A DNA stretch of 63,895 bases, filler included, from Welwitschia mirabilis (lineage: Eukaryota), in the NCBI GenBank assembly GCA_051453625.1. It is 6 parts of one record of this genome, joined end to end, with 100 filler letters (N's around TTAATTAATTAA, not from the genome) between each part and the next. Parts side by side here need not be neighbours in the genome. Positions count along the whole stretch, not along the records: positions 1 to 24,974 come from JBOZIK010000001.1; 5 more parts are not named here. The stretch is one strand, 5' to 3'. Positions 12,457 through 25,074 of the stretch are shown here, in pieces. The translations under genes and the position numbers were made by a program. The notes beneath the pieces were generated by a model that searched no databases, was not told the origin of the DNA, and saw only the letters and a program-made list of their open reading frames with translations. Every line of letters begins with the position of its first letter. Within the stretch, counting starts at the first letter, position 1.

Positions 12457-14915
12457 AACATATGATAGTTGAAAAATTCAAATTCACTTAAGTATTTAAA
12501 TTATAAAACCTTTCTATATAATTAAATATAAAGATAAATACTTAATATTAATATAATAAAATTATATAAGATACAATTTAATTTATTCATTCATCAATTG
12601 GCAATAGCGACTAAAAATGTGTAAAATGATAACATAGAGTGTGTTTTTGATTAGAAACACCCCATTTTTACCATAAAGGGCACGGATTAAGCTCAGATCC
12701 ATGAAAAGACATTTAGAAAGTTATGTTCAAGATTTTTTACATTTTTAAAAATATAAGAATTTAAAATAGTAAACTAAAACATTGGAAAATGATAAAATGG
12801 ACTGTGTGTTTAATTGGAAACACCTAGGTTTTACCCTAAAGGGTATGGATTAAGCTCATTATTGTAAAAATACCATTTAAAAGTTATGTTTTATAGGGAG
12901 AAGAATATGTTTCTTGAGGAGAGACAATCGGCTGATGCTTAAGAGAAAGAAAAACACTGAGATGAGAAGGCATAAAATAGAGGAAGATAATGTGCAAACA
13001 ATATCACATTGTAAAAGGTAACTGCATTTGATATTTTATGGAGAAGCAACATAAGAAAAAATGCAATAAAAGAAGATGAGAGAAATATGAAGGTTAGGGA
13101 GAAATTTGATCACATGAAAAGAAGGAAAAGGACACACGCAGGCTTGCAAGAAATCAATTGTGTATTGCTGAAAATCATTATAATATGATAGTAGTTAAAT
13201 TTTAAATGAGTCGTTTCTTTTATTTAATGGGTGCCTTTTTAATGTAACAACAAAAGAACAAATGGTAAAAGGAAAGGTTACCATTACAATTCTGTGACCT
13301 CTCTTTTTCTTTTACCTTTTCTTTTATTATGAAAAATAAATATCTGAGAAAATACATTAAGAAAAAATCTGATAGATGCATGCTTAATTAATTTAAAAAT
13401 GAGCTAGTACTATTATACAAGAACTAATATTTCTTCATCAATGAAGTATCACTACTTAAGGCTTAAATACAATAATAATTTCAAATGCACGATTACAAGG
13501 AAAATAATCAATAACAATATTCTAGGAGTTACAAAAATGCTCAAGGAATTATTTTCAGAAATGAGAAAATTCCATAGTAGATACCAAGCTTAAAATCCTT
13601 CCGCCTCATTCTTGAAGCTTTTCCTACACAAAAGGCATGGTGTGAGAACCGTACCTTGACAGTTACTAGTATGGTTCATGACAAAAGGTAAGGGGGTTTT
13701 CAAGAACAAGAAAGAATCCACAAAAAATATTAGATGAACAAGACCTCAAGTCAATACAATAATCAAGCTATAATATCTAGATCTCATGAAAATGTTCAAG
13801 GAACAGTATGATCAGTATGAATGGTATGAACAATATGAATAGTATGCCCCATCAGAGTGGTGTCAATTATCCATTGTCTACTAGATCATTCCTATGGCCA
13901 ATAAGAACCCCTCAAATGGGATAACCCCCTAAAGCCACATGTATTATGCAATAGCTAGACGGATAACCACGCAAACATTGACGCCAACTCCTATGGCTAG
14001 TAGGAGTCCTTCAGGTGGCCTAGCACCTGAAGTCACATGATTTAGTCACAACAACAAGCTTTAAGCATCAAAGATGAATCATAGTAAGGATATGCATAAG
14101 AAAAGATTTATTTTAAACATATAAATGATACAGGAATCATTTAGCCCATATAAGAGATAAACGGAATTTCATGAATTAAAAAGAGATCAAAAACACCATA
14201 AAATTATACAAGAATGAAGATGAAAAACCATAAGATCAGATAAGAATAAATGAAAACCATAAACCATACCAATTTTTGAGAAGAATTCAAGATCTCAAGA
14301 AGGTTGCAAGGCTCTAAAGCTTTCTTAGACTCTAAGACTCAGTAGCAAGAGTTCTTCATAAATGAAAGTGAGAAAAAAGAAGGAGAAGGGTCTTATTTAT
14401 AATCAAAGTTTAGTGGAATGTAAAGAGTTACANNNNNNNNNNNNNNNNNNNNNNNNNNNNNNNNNNNNNNNNNNNNNNNNNNNNNNNNNNNNNNNNNNNN
14501 NNNNNNNNNNNNNNNNNNNNNNNNNNNNNNNNNNNNNNNNNNNNNNNNNNNNNNNNNNNNNNNNNNNNNNNNNNNNNNNNNNNNNNNNNNNNNNNNNNNN
14601 NNNNNNNNNNNNNNNNNNNNNNNNNNNNNNNNNNNNNNNNNNNNNNNNNNNNNNNNNNNNNNNNNNNNNNNNNNNNNNNNNNNNNNNNNNNNNNNNNNNN
14701 NNNNNNNNNNNNNNNNNNNNNNNNNNNNNNNNNNNNNNNNNNNNNNNNNNNNNNNNNNNNNNNNNNNNNNNNNNNNNNNNNNNNNNNNNNNNNNNNNNNN
14801 NNNNNNNNNNNNNNNNNNNNNNNNNNNNNNNNNNNNNNNNNNNNNNNNNNNNNNNNNNNNNNNNNNNNNNNNNNNNNNNNNNNNNNNNNNNNNNNNNNNN
14901 NNNNNNNNNNNNNNN

Positions 14916-15027
14916 CGAAAGTTGGAAAAGATTCCTTGCATATGAAGACAAATAAAAGTTAGTAGATATTCCTTGCATATGAAAACAAATGAAGGTTAGC
15001 AGAGATTCCTTGCATATGAAGACAAAA
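14916..15027. repeat. 37-bp tandem repeat (at least 3 copies) inside the LTR
   Basis: Three copies of AAGTTRGYARAKATTCCTTGCATATGAARACAAA; the array runs into the gap on the left. Confidence 0.85.
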
Positions 15028-17258
15028 TATTGTGAATGAGGGCAGTTATATGGTGGGAATTTTAGTTACCTTGCCAGGCCACTAGGAAAATAATAAATAA
15101 TAATTAAGCTTACATAATTAACATGATAGCAGTAATTAAATCATTCCATAACATGATAGTAGTTTTGATAATAATTAAAAATAATAACTCTACACATTAA
15201 GCATCTTTATTCAAAATAATTTAACATTTTTCAAAATGAGCAACTAAATGCATAAGCCAAAGCATAAAATAATATTCATGAAACTATTAGAAATAAGGAA
15301 AACATTCAAGATTTTAGCATGAATTATTAGCCTTAAAATATNNNNNNNNNNNNNNNNNNNNNNNNNNNNNNNNNNNNNNNNNNNNNNNNNNNNNNNNNNN
15401 NNNNNNNNNNNNNNNNNNNNNNNNNNNNNNNNNNNNNNNNNCTATTAGAAATAAGGAAAACATTCAAGATTTTAGCATGAATTATTAGCCTTAAAATATT
15501 TAATCTTAAGTCTTAATTTTTTTTAAAATTTGGAACATGACATCTTTCTTCTTATCTTGTTGATCTTATGATTGATGATTCTTTTCTAGATGAATAATGT
15601 TTTACAATGTCTTCTACTCATCCTCCTCCTTAGTATTCTGACATAGTTGATTATCTTGTTACCATGAAAGTACCATAATGTTAGAGTTATAATCAAAGAA
15701 AATCTTTTCTTCATAAAATAGGTAATTATGAATAGATAGAACCACATCATTATTATAGGTGTAAAGACCAAATCATGAGAAAATATATGCCTGAATGAGA
15801 AAACTTAGACATCCTTCATCTTTGTCATGGTGGTGTTTATGGAGGTTATTTTAGTGGATAGAAAATAACAGTGAGATTTTTTCACTTTGGTTTTTATTGG
15901 CCTAGTATTTTTTTTAGGACTCTTTTGATTTTGCTAGAACGTGTGATGCTTGTTAACATTATGGTGGCCTTACTCAATTTCATGTTATGATCATTAAATC
16001 TATTCTTGAATGTGAACATTTTTATTATTGGGAACTAATTTTATAGACCCTATTAAACCATCTTCTAATAATATGAACTACATTTTAGTGGCTATAGATT
16101 ATGTTATTAGATAGGTTAAAGCTATTCCTACTTTTTTGAATGATGCCTAAACTGTTTGTAATTTTATTAGAACTTATATTTTTTAACATCTTGATTTTTT
16201 AAAAATTATCATTAGTGATTAAGGAACTTATTTTACAAATCATATTTTTAGAAAAATTATTTTATCTATTAAAATTAAACATAGAGTAGCTTATGCTTAT
16301 CATTCATAGACCAATCGTAAAGCTAAAAATACAAATAGAGAAATTAAAAAAATGCTTTAAAATTTTGTCATTATTAATAAGAAATATTGGGCTTTAAAGC
16401 TTAACAATGTTATTTGGGCCTACCATATGAATTGGAATAATTATCTTAGTTTTTCACCTTATAAAATTGTGTATGGAGAAGTTTGTGTTTTACTAGTTGA
16501 TGTGTGTTATAACTCTTAGTGTTTTTTAATTAACTAAATCTTGTATAACTTCATAAAAATATTAAAAATGGATTAGCATAACTTATTTAATTAGATAAAA
16601 AATGTATATGTATTATACATTATCAACTCATTCACAAAGGCTAAGCTAATTTCAAAAATGATAAAACGTTACTTCATAAAAGTTTAAACTTGGTCAACTT
16701 ATTTTTATATAGGCATTTTTTACACAACAAGTTGACCTCTTAATGGTGGTGTCCTTATCTCACTGTAAAACTACATTCTAGGCTCTGTTGAGAGTTCTGA
16801 CTTAAACACTAAGGAAATTCAAAATTTTAATGGACAAAGGTTAAAAATATATGAAAAATATTTCAACATAACATTGAACATAATAGAAGCAATTGTCTTA
16901 GAGGTTTTCTTTAATGAGGAGGACTTCTTTCCTATGATTATCTAAATTTTCTCTCAGCCTCTTCCTTTGGCGAATGTTATGATGTCACTTGATCATCTTT
17001 AGCTTGACTTATGTATTTCCTTTATGAAGCTTTCATAACTAGTATTTGTACTTGGAAATTTTACAATGATAAGATTGGTTTCAACCAAGATTAAAACATT
17101 TACATGTCTATGAACTTGACTTTAAAGGAAGATGTCTTAGTTCTTATATTTTTCTTAATGTTATAAGGTCTTTAATTATTTATATGTATTATTTTCTATC
17201 TTTCATTTCTTCACCTTTGTCTTTTTGAGTATGTGATCATGTGGGAATTATTTGTGTA

Positions 17259-17306
<48 letters not shown>
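17259..17306 (+). repeat. Compound (TG)n(AG)n microsatellite in the 3' UTR of element A
   Basis: Read directly from the sequence. Confidence 0.95.
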
Positions 17307-17308
<2 letters not shown>

Positions 17309-17504
17309 ATGGCTCTAATATATTGTATCTATACTAAAATACACAGTCACCATAATGTCCTATTATACTAAGGTAAATTTTTCCAAAAGGAATCTTTGAC
17401 AGTGTTGGTCATTATGGGAACTCCACTGGAGGGTTAATTCTTTTTCATCTATATCAAAATCCTCGTAAAAATAAAAGTAAGTTATGTTATCTAATATACC
17501 AATC

Positions 17505-20500
17505 ATGATAGGAACTTCAAATTAAGATGCAAATGTTACACTTAAAGATTTAATTATTAATAGAAAATGTGAAATCCAAAATTCTTTTGATTTACCTACT
17601 AGTGACAACATATAATTAAGAAACTTGAGTGCATATCCAACATTTTTGAGGAAACTTAAGGAAGACCCTTTCCAACATTTAGCTGAAATTAAACAACTCA
17701 TACTTACCTCAGGAAATGAAAAGAAAAACATTAGTAATCGTGCTTACATAATTATTTTTCTAGTCACACTTAGAGGGGAGGCTAAGCTTTGGCTTAAAAC
17801 CATTTCACACAAGAGTCTTAAGTCATGGAGTCAAGTGCAAGAAGTTTTTATTAAAATTTTTTTAAGTGAAAGCATCATAAGAAAAAGAAGGAAGGAAGTT
17901 ATCAACTTTCAATAACAACCTCATGAAGATTATGTTACAACATATGAATGTTTTATTATAGCTATCCATTCCAACCCTATTGATGAATTTTGCAAAAAAG
18001 AATTAGTCAATTATTTCTATAGTGGATTAAATAGTCACATTAAACAACTTGCAGACTTTTATTGTAATGGTAATTTGATGAACTTAGGCTTAGAGGATGC
18101 ATGAAATATGTTGGAAAGTCTAGTAGAGATAATTCAAACTTGGCCAAAACCCACTAAGGAAAACTAAATAGGTTAAGTTAGAAAGGATTTAAAGGAAATA
18201 AAACATCATAAGGAAGAAGAGAGAGAGGATTCAATTAATTTAATCAAGTACTTTACTACTACTTTAGAGAAGTACACTCAATTGATAGTTGGTGCAAAGG
18301 TAGTAAAAGACGAAAACACGACTTCAACATGTGATATTTATGAAGACAACTCTCATCCAACTAAAGAATATTCCTTATTACCAACATGTAAAGAAAGGAT
18401 GTTTAAGGAAGTATATGAATTCAACCAAAGAACACCTAATTTTAAAAGCCAATCACAATTTTAACAAATATTAAGTGGACAATAATAATTAAAACCTTTT
18501 AAAAATAGACTTAGAAATTTAAAATTCCAACCAAATAACCTCAATTTCCAATTAAATCAAAATGATCCACTCAGAGATTTCATAAAAGAATTGATGAAGG
18601 TGCAAAAAAAGACTAATAGTAATATTGAAAACTTAGTAAATGTACTTTAATGAATGATGCTTGCCAATTAAAGACCACAAGGTTCTCTTACGTCGCAACC
18701 TTTACCCAATCCAAATAAATCAAGAGAGATTTGAAAGTAGTAACAAGAAGTGGGAATGATACAACACCTCCTACCAATGAGGTTTTAACTTTCAAACATA
18801 ATGAATAATATGATGTAGAGATTTTGGACTCATATAACTTCCCATCAACATTACATATCAAGACCTCTATTAAGAGTTCTTCCTGAGAAAACAAAGGGAA
18901 GAAACCATCTATACCTTGGCTTGATAAGTTAAACAAAAATCCTACTTATGATGAGCACTTGAAAACCTTGATGTAAGAGGTGAACATTAACTTGTTTTTC
19001 TAGAAACTCATAGAATAAAATCCTAAATAATTTAAGTTATGGAAGGATATAGTAAGAAGAAAATAAAAGCATACCATTCTTAGCAAAGTTTCTCTTGCTC
19101 AATTTATTTCCAACTTAGTCATGAGAAAATGTCCAAAATTCAAAGACCTTGAGCAGGAACTGTGAGTATTACCTAGGAAGGAAACAAAATAATTCAAAAA
19201 GCTTTAATTGATATATGAGCTAGTATAAATATCATGCCTCTTCACATATGTGAAATACTTAGGTTAGAAAATAGAATAAAACTTACATGAATTATTTTGG
19301 AATTGGCTAATACTTCAATTAAAAATCCTTAGGGATTATTAAGGATCTAGTCATCCAAATAGAGAAATATTTTTACCTCATAGAAGTAGTCATCATTTAG
19401 GTAGAATATGATGGAGGTTACACACTTTTCTTAGGAAGAGCCTTTTATAAAACTACCCACTGTATCATTGATGAACAAACCAAGATGATGGAATGTCATA
19501 TAGATAATAAGAAGTTTACCATTCGAGTTTTTAATGTTATTGAAAAGGAAACAAGAGATGAGTTTAACTTAAAAGAAGAACTTAAGGAGATATTAATAAT
19601 GCTACATGAACTAACTTTATATGATGACCGAACTGAAATACACCATCTTGAGCTTGAGGATAAGGAAGACGTCAACTGGGAGAAAACTCAATATGTTCAC
19701 TCAGTAGAAAATATTTTTATAGAGTATTGTCCCATATCTGTCGTCCTCATAATAGATAGGATGATGAGTGAAATTTCCAACTTAGAACTAAAGACGTTAC
19801 CCCAAGGTCTAAAATATATTTTCCTATTCACTAATCCAAATAAAACTTTAATAATAAGTAACTTTTTACTTCTCAATAAAAATCCAACTTGTTCTTCCTT
19901 TTAACTTCTAAAGAAGATGCCTTTGCTTGGATTTATAAAGACTTAGCTATCATCCCTTCTTCCATAGTCCAACAAAAAATTTACCTCGAAGATAATGCTA
20001 AACCTATTAGGCAATCCCAATAAATGCTCAACTTAGACCTTAAGGAAGAAGTTAGAGATGAAATTATTAAACTTATGAATGTCAGGAAAATCTATGATAT
20101 ATTTAATAGTGAGTGGATTAGCCCTTTGATAGTAGTTCCCAAAAAGGATGGGGAATTAAGAATGTGCATTGATTTTAGAAAACTTAATGAGATCACTAAA
20201 TTGGATTATTTTCCTTTACCCTTTCTTGATCAAGTACTTGATAAAATTCAAGGTCATTCCTACCATTATTTTTTTGATGGGTATAGTGGCTATAATAAAG
20301 TTTGCATAGCAAGTAAAGACAAAGCCAAAACAACCTTTACCTCATCTTTTGAAATATTTACCTTTAAATAAATGCCTTTTGGGCTTTGTAAGGGCCCTAG
20401 ATCTTTTCAACAAGTAATGATGGGGATTTTTTTGACATGATAGAGGATTCTATTAAAATCTTTATGGATGACTTTTTCATCTTTGGTGAAACTTTTGAAT

Positions 20501-22902
20501 AAATCATAAAAAGATTAGAAAAAGTCTTGGATCAATGTATAAAGAGTAACCTACATTTGAGTTGGAAAAAGAGTGTTCTCCTTATCAAATATGGAATTAT
20601 TTTAGATCATCACATTTTGAAGTATGGGATTAAGATGGACTCTATAAAAGTTGATATTATTAAAAACATTAACCCTTAAACCAATATCAAAAAAGTTATC
20701 TCATTCCTTGATCATGCTAGTTTTTATCATCATTTTATTCATGATTATGCTAAAATTTGTAAACCACTTCATTTATTACTTAAAAAAGATGCTAAATTTA
20801 ATTGGAATGATTCATGTCAACTTACATTTGATACACTTAAGAAAAATAATTCTTCTGAACCTATTATCATGGGTCTTGATTGAACTAAAGATTTTAAACT
20901 CATGTGTGATGTAAGAAGCATTACTATGGGTGGGGTTCTTGGCCAAAAAATATGAAAATGATTTTAAAGTTATATTCTATCTTAGTAAAACTTTGTCCAA
21001 AGCCCAATCAAACTTCACTACTACTAAAAAAGAAATGCTTGTCATCATCTTTTTCCTTAATCATCTTCGACATTATCATTTTGACTTCCACAACAATGTT
21101 TACATAGATCATATAGCTATATGCTATCTTATGGCTAAGAAAGATTCTAATACCAGACTTATTAGGTGGGTCTTTCTCATGCAAGAATTTAATCTTACCA
21201 TCATTAATAAGGCTAAACAACATAATAGCATTATAGATCATCTATCTTGACTTTCTTCTTCTCATGATAAACTTTCCATAAANNNNNNNNNNNNNNNNNN
21301 NNNNNNNNNNNNNNNNNNNNNNNNNNNNNNNNNNNNNNNNNNNNNNNNNNNNNNNNNNNNNNNNNNNNNNNNNNNNNNNNNNTGCTATCTTATGGCTAAG
21401 AAAGATTCTAATACCAGAATTATTAGGTGGGTCTTTCTCATGCAAGAATTTAATCTTACCATCATTAATAATGCTAAACAACATAATAGCATTATAGATC
21501 ATCTATCTCGACTTTCTTCTTCTCATGATAAACTTTCCATAAATAACTCCTTTCCAAATGAATAACTATTTGCTGTTAAATAACTTTATGCCATCTCATC
21601 TGTTCATCCTTCTCCTTAGTATTCTAATATTTTGAACTACCTTATTACTATAAAAACATCTCAGCATTGGAATCATAACCAATGTAAATATTTTCTCTAT
21701 AGGATCAATGACTATGAGTGGAATGAACCCCAACTGTATAGAAGATGCAAAGACCAAATCATGCATAAGTTTATGACTAAGTGGACAAGCANNNNNNNNN
21801 NCCAGGGTGGGGTATGTGGGGGATAATTTAATGGATAAAAGACTATCATAAAAATTCTTCACTCTAGTTTTTATTGGCCTATCCTTTTCAAAGACTTATT
21901 TAACTTTTCTAGAAGATGAGATGTGTTTTAATGTTATGGTAGCCTAACTCATTCTCAAGATATGTCTCTTAAACCTATGCTTGAATGTAAACCTTTTAAT
22001 TATTGGGAAATTAACTTTTTAAGCCCTATTAAATCACCTTTTCATGATAAAAATTACGTCCTAGAAGCTATTAATTATGTTAATAAGTAGGTTGAAGCCA
22101 TTCCTACTATAAGAATGATGCCTGAATCACTTAAAATTTTCGTTTAAATTCATATAATGATTGGGGATCTCATTTCATTAATTACCTTTTTCAAAAACTT
22201 CTTTTAGCTATTATAATTTAACATATAATTGCATGTACTTATCATGCTCAAACTAATGGCCAGACCGAAAATGAAAATAGAGAAATTAAAAGGATGCTCC
22301 ATAAATTAGTCATTGTCATTAAGAAAATGTGGTCCTATAAACTTAATGATGTCCTCTGAGCTTACCATACTACTTGGTAAAAACTCTCTAGGTTTCTCAC
22401 CTTATGAACTTATGTATGAAAATGTTTGTATCTTTCTAGTCGATGTTTGCTATAACTCCTATTGATCCATCCATCAACTTAATCTTGAAAACTTGGATAA
22501 AAATCTTAGAACTCAATTAGTCCAACCTGACCATTTAGATTAAAAAAATACTAATGCCATACATCATTAACTCATTTATAAGACCCAATCCAAGTTCAAG
22601 CATAATAAAAATATTATCTATAAGAAATTTAAACCTGGTCAACTTTTCTTTTTATATAGTATCCAAGTACATCTTTTACACAACAAGTTAACCTCTAAAT
22701 ATTAGGTCCTTATCTTATAACAAAAGTACATTCAAATAACTTAGTTGAAATATCTAATCCAAATAATAGAGAAATTCAAAAAGTTAATTGATAAAGATTA
22801 AAAATTTATGAGTTATATACTGATGAAACCTTGAACATGATAGAAGAACTTCTCTTGGAATCCCCTCTTATTGAGGAGGACTTTCCTCTTGCTATTATCT
22901 AA
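17505..22902 (+). pseudogene. Athila-like gag-pol of element B (no 5' LTR or PBS)
   Basis: Gag TLRGEAKLWL; RT WISPLIVVPKKDGELRMCIDFRKLN, FFDGYSGY, FMDD (20461-20472); RNase H NFTTTKKEML; integrase through 22902. Colinear with element A. Confidence 0.93.
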
Positions 22903-24392
22903 ATTCCTTCTTAACTCATACCTTAGGTAGACATCATGTTATTGAATTTCTTTAACTTAACTTATGTGTTTACTTTATGAAGTTATCATTATTACTAATA
23001 TTTTACTTGAATATTTTAAATGATAAGATTGGACTTACCCAATCTTAAGACATTCATATGTCTATGAATTTCAGTTTAAATAAAGATGCCTTGGTTCTTT
23101 TATTCTCTTTCAATGATGTGAGTAATTAGTTATTTTTACAAATTCTTACTTGTTACTTATATTATCACTTCACTTTAAAAAGATAAAAGAAAAAAAAGAA
23201 GAAGAAAAGAAAAGAAATAAAAATCATGATCTTTTAGATCTGAGCTAAAATCATGGTCACCATGATGTCCTAGCACAAGTGTATTGGGGCAAATTTTTCC
23301 AAGAGCAGTCTTTGGTAGTGTAATATGATACCTATGGAAACTCCACTAGAGAGTTAGTTGGCCATGCTATGTAATCCTTATTCCTCTAATAGTAGTTGCA
23401 CTCCCCTCATTATGGTCGAGTAAAATTTTATTTTGAGGCTATAAGATTAGTGATGTCCCTGATGTCATCAGAGGCATTTCTTATTTTCTATACTCATTTT
23501 TGCATATAATACTTTCATATGATCATTTAAATTTTTTGGATTTTATTATTATTTTGATATATGAGCTAGGAGTTCATGTTTTAATAGCTTTTTATCTTAT
23601 CATCAATTGTTTGATAGCATTAGACATACTTGACATTGTCATAATCATTGCCTATTTGACTAGTACTTTATTCCTTTTTACATACATGCATGTGTCATTA
23701 AGTAATTTTATAATTATTAATAAGGGAATTTATTAGATTAGAATTTAGTTAACAATCTTCTTTATATTCCTAGTTGTCCATTTTTATTTTGTTTTTCTTT
23801 AGCTGTTTTATTAGATTTTTTAAAGTTATTTCCATACTTTTTCAAAATAATATTGTGGATCTGATCATTTAGTGTTTTGGATATGATTTCTTATTACTTG
23901 AATAAATTTCATGGACTTCATCTAGTAAGAGCACAGTCGTACACTTATAGAGTTTTCCTATAGCTATGTTTTAGATCATCTCAAGGGAAAGAAAGTTATA
24001 ACTACTCTTGTACTTTACTCCTTGTAAAACATATTACTGAACTTAGATGCATCATTCTTTGAGTTATAACTAATTAAGCTCTACACATTAGTCTCAGTAT
24101 CACTATCTCAAATTATGCATACACATTATCATTTTTTGAGCTATCATTATTATATTTTATGACTTTTTGTGTATGTATGACATTAATTTGTTCTATTGTG
24201 ATGTGTTTAAGTAGGAGGGTTATGAATATGTCAGAATTTGTATCAGTTAATAGGTTTTTAATGTTTAATCCTGCATGGTAGAAATTGAACTCAATTACAT
24301 TTTTTCTAGTTGCTGGTTATCTTAGTTAATTTGGGTTACAGTATAGTTGATCACTCATTTTGTCAAAGACTGATAAGGCTAAGTAGGGTGTA

Positions 24393-24974
24393 TGTTGTAA
24401 TGCCAATTTACAGGAATTTAATGGTATATTTTGAGTACTTTTGTAAGATATTTATATAGGTTTGGATGCAATTCTAATGATTACAGATAACTAATAAGAT
24501 ATTTATTGAAATATAAAATTCTTAGCATATTTGGAGGCATCTCAAGCTTATTTTAATATTCATACTTTGAAGGAAGGATTAACCATGTAGAAGACTGATT
24601 TTTCTTTAAGCTAGAAGATGAAGAGGCATGTTGTCTCCTCTATCATTCCCATGACAAGTAGTATGATAGTACTACTGACATGGATAGAGTCTATGGAGTT
24701 GAATGTAAGGCCTGAAGCTAATAGACTACCTTTTGACATGGAGTGATGTGTCCATTGTTGTCCCTATGATAGTCATAACAATACCTATTTTTGTATGGAT
24801 AGAAAGACTTACTTTTATAATGGGGTCATTTGACTTATATGGGTTGTTATGATTTCTTTTTTAACTTTTAGGGTTAAGCTTCTAGAACTTTAATGTAAAA
24901 CTATAAATACCCTTCTTTTCCTTCACTTTCTTTTTCATCTTGTGTATTAGATATTCTTGTGATGGAAGATTAAA
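24393..24974 (+). mobile_element. 3' LTR of element B, truncated at the scaffold end
   Basis: Purine-rich AAGGCTAAGTAGGGTGTA followed by TGTTGTAATGCC; same junction as at 29955-29985; TATA-like CTATAAATA at 24901. Confidence 0.85.
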
Positions 24975-25074
24975 NNNNNNNNNNNNNNNNNNNNNNNNNN
25001 NNNNNNNNNNNNNNNNNNTTAATTAATTAANNNNNNNNNNNNNNNNNNNNNNNNNNNNNNNNNNNNNNNNNNNN
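24975..25074. other. Artificial scaffold spacer (44N-TTAATTAATTAA-44N)
   Basis: The same 100 bp structure recurs at 50755-50854, 57267-57366, 61229-61328 and 62757-62856; it has stop codons in all six frames. Confidence 0.95.

Larger units (their letters stand above)
12185..15542 (-). mobile_element. Tekay/Del-like LTR with adjacent tRNA-iMet PBS array, inserted at the RNase H/integrase linker of element A; left end lies in a gap
   Basis: Right terminus ...CATGACA at 15542, after which host pol resumes. Shares CCTAGTGGCCTGG and the TATA context with the 8370-9933 LTR. GCTCTGATACCA at 12246. Confidence 0.7.
6024..16945 (+). pseudogene. Athila-like gag-pol of element A (gag, PR, RT, RNase H, integrase), degenerate, with two nested insertions
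   Basis: Gag PIFNGENYEDPLEHI; protease region 7750-8360; RT WTSPLVVVPKK, FLDGYSGY, MPFGLCNAP, FMND; RNase H CDAS and NYTTTEKEML; integrase CHGG and FYWP at 15820-15905. Gypsy domain order; many stops and frameshifts. Confidence 0.92.

Noticed and set aside
22903-24392. Athila env-like ORF
   Set aside because: No recognisable coding remnant; the 78 aa hydrophobic ORF at 23500 reflects T-rich composition.
25019-25030. Recurrent palindrome TTAATTAATTAA (five times)
   Set aside because: Always centred in exactly 44N+44N, so it is an artificial linker. Adjacency across these spacers is not biological evidence.
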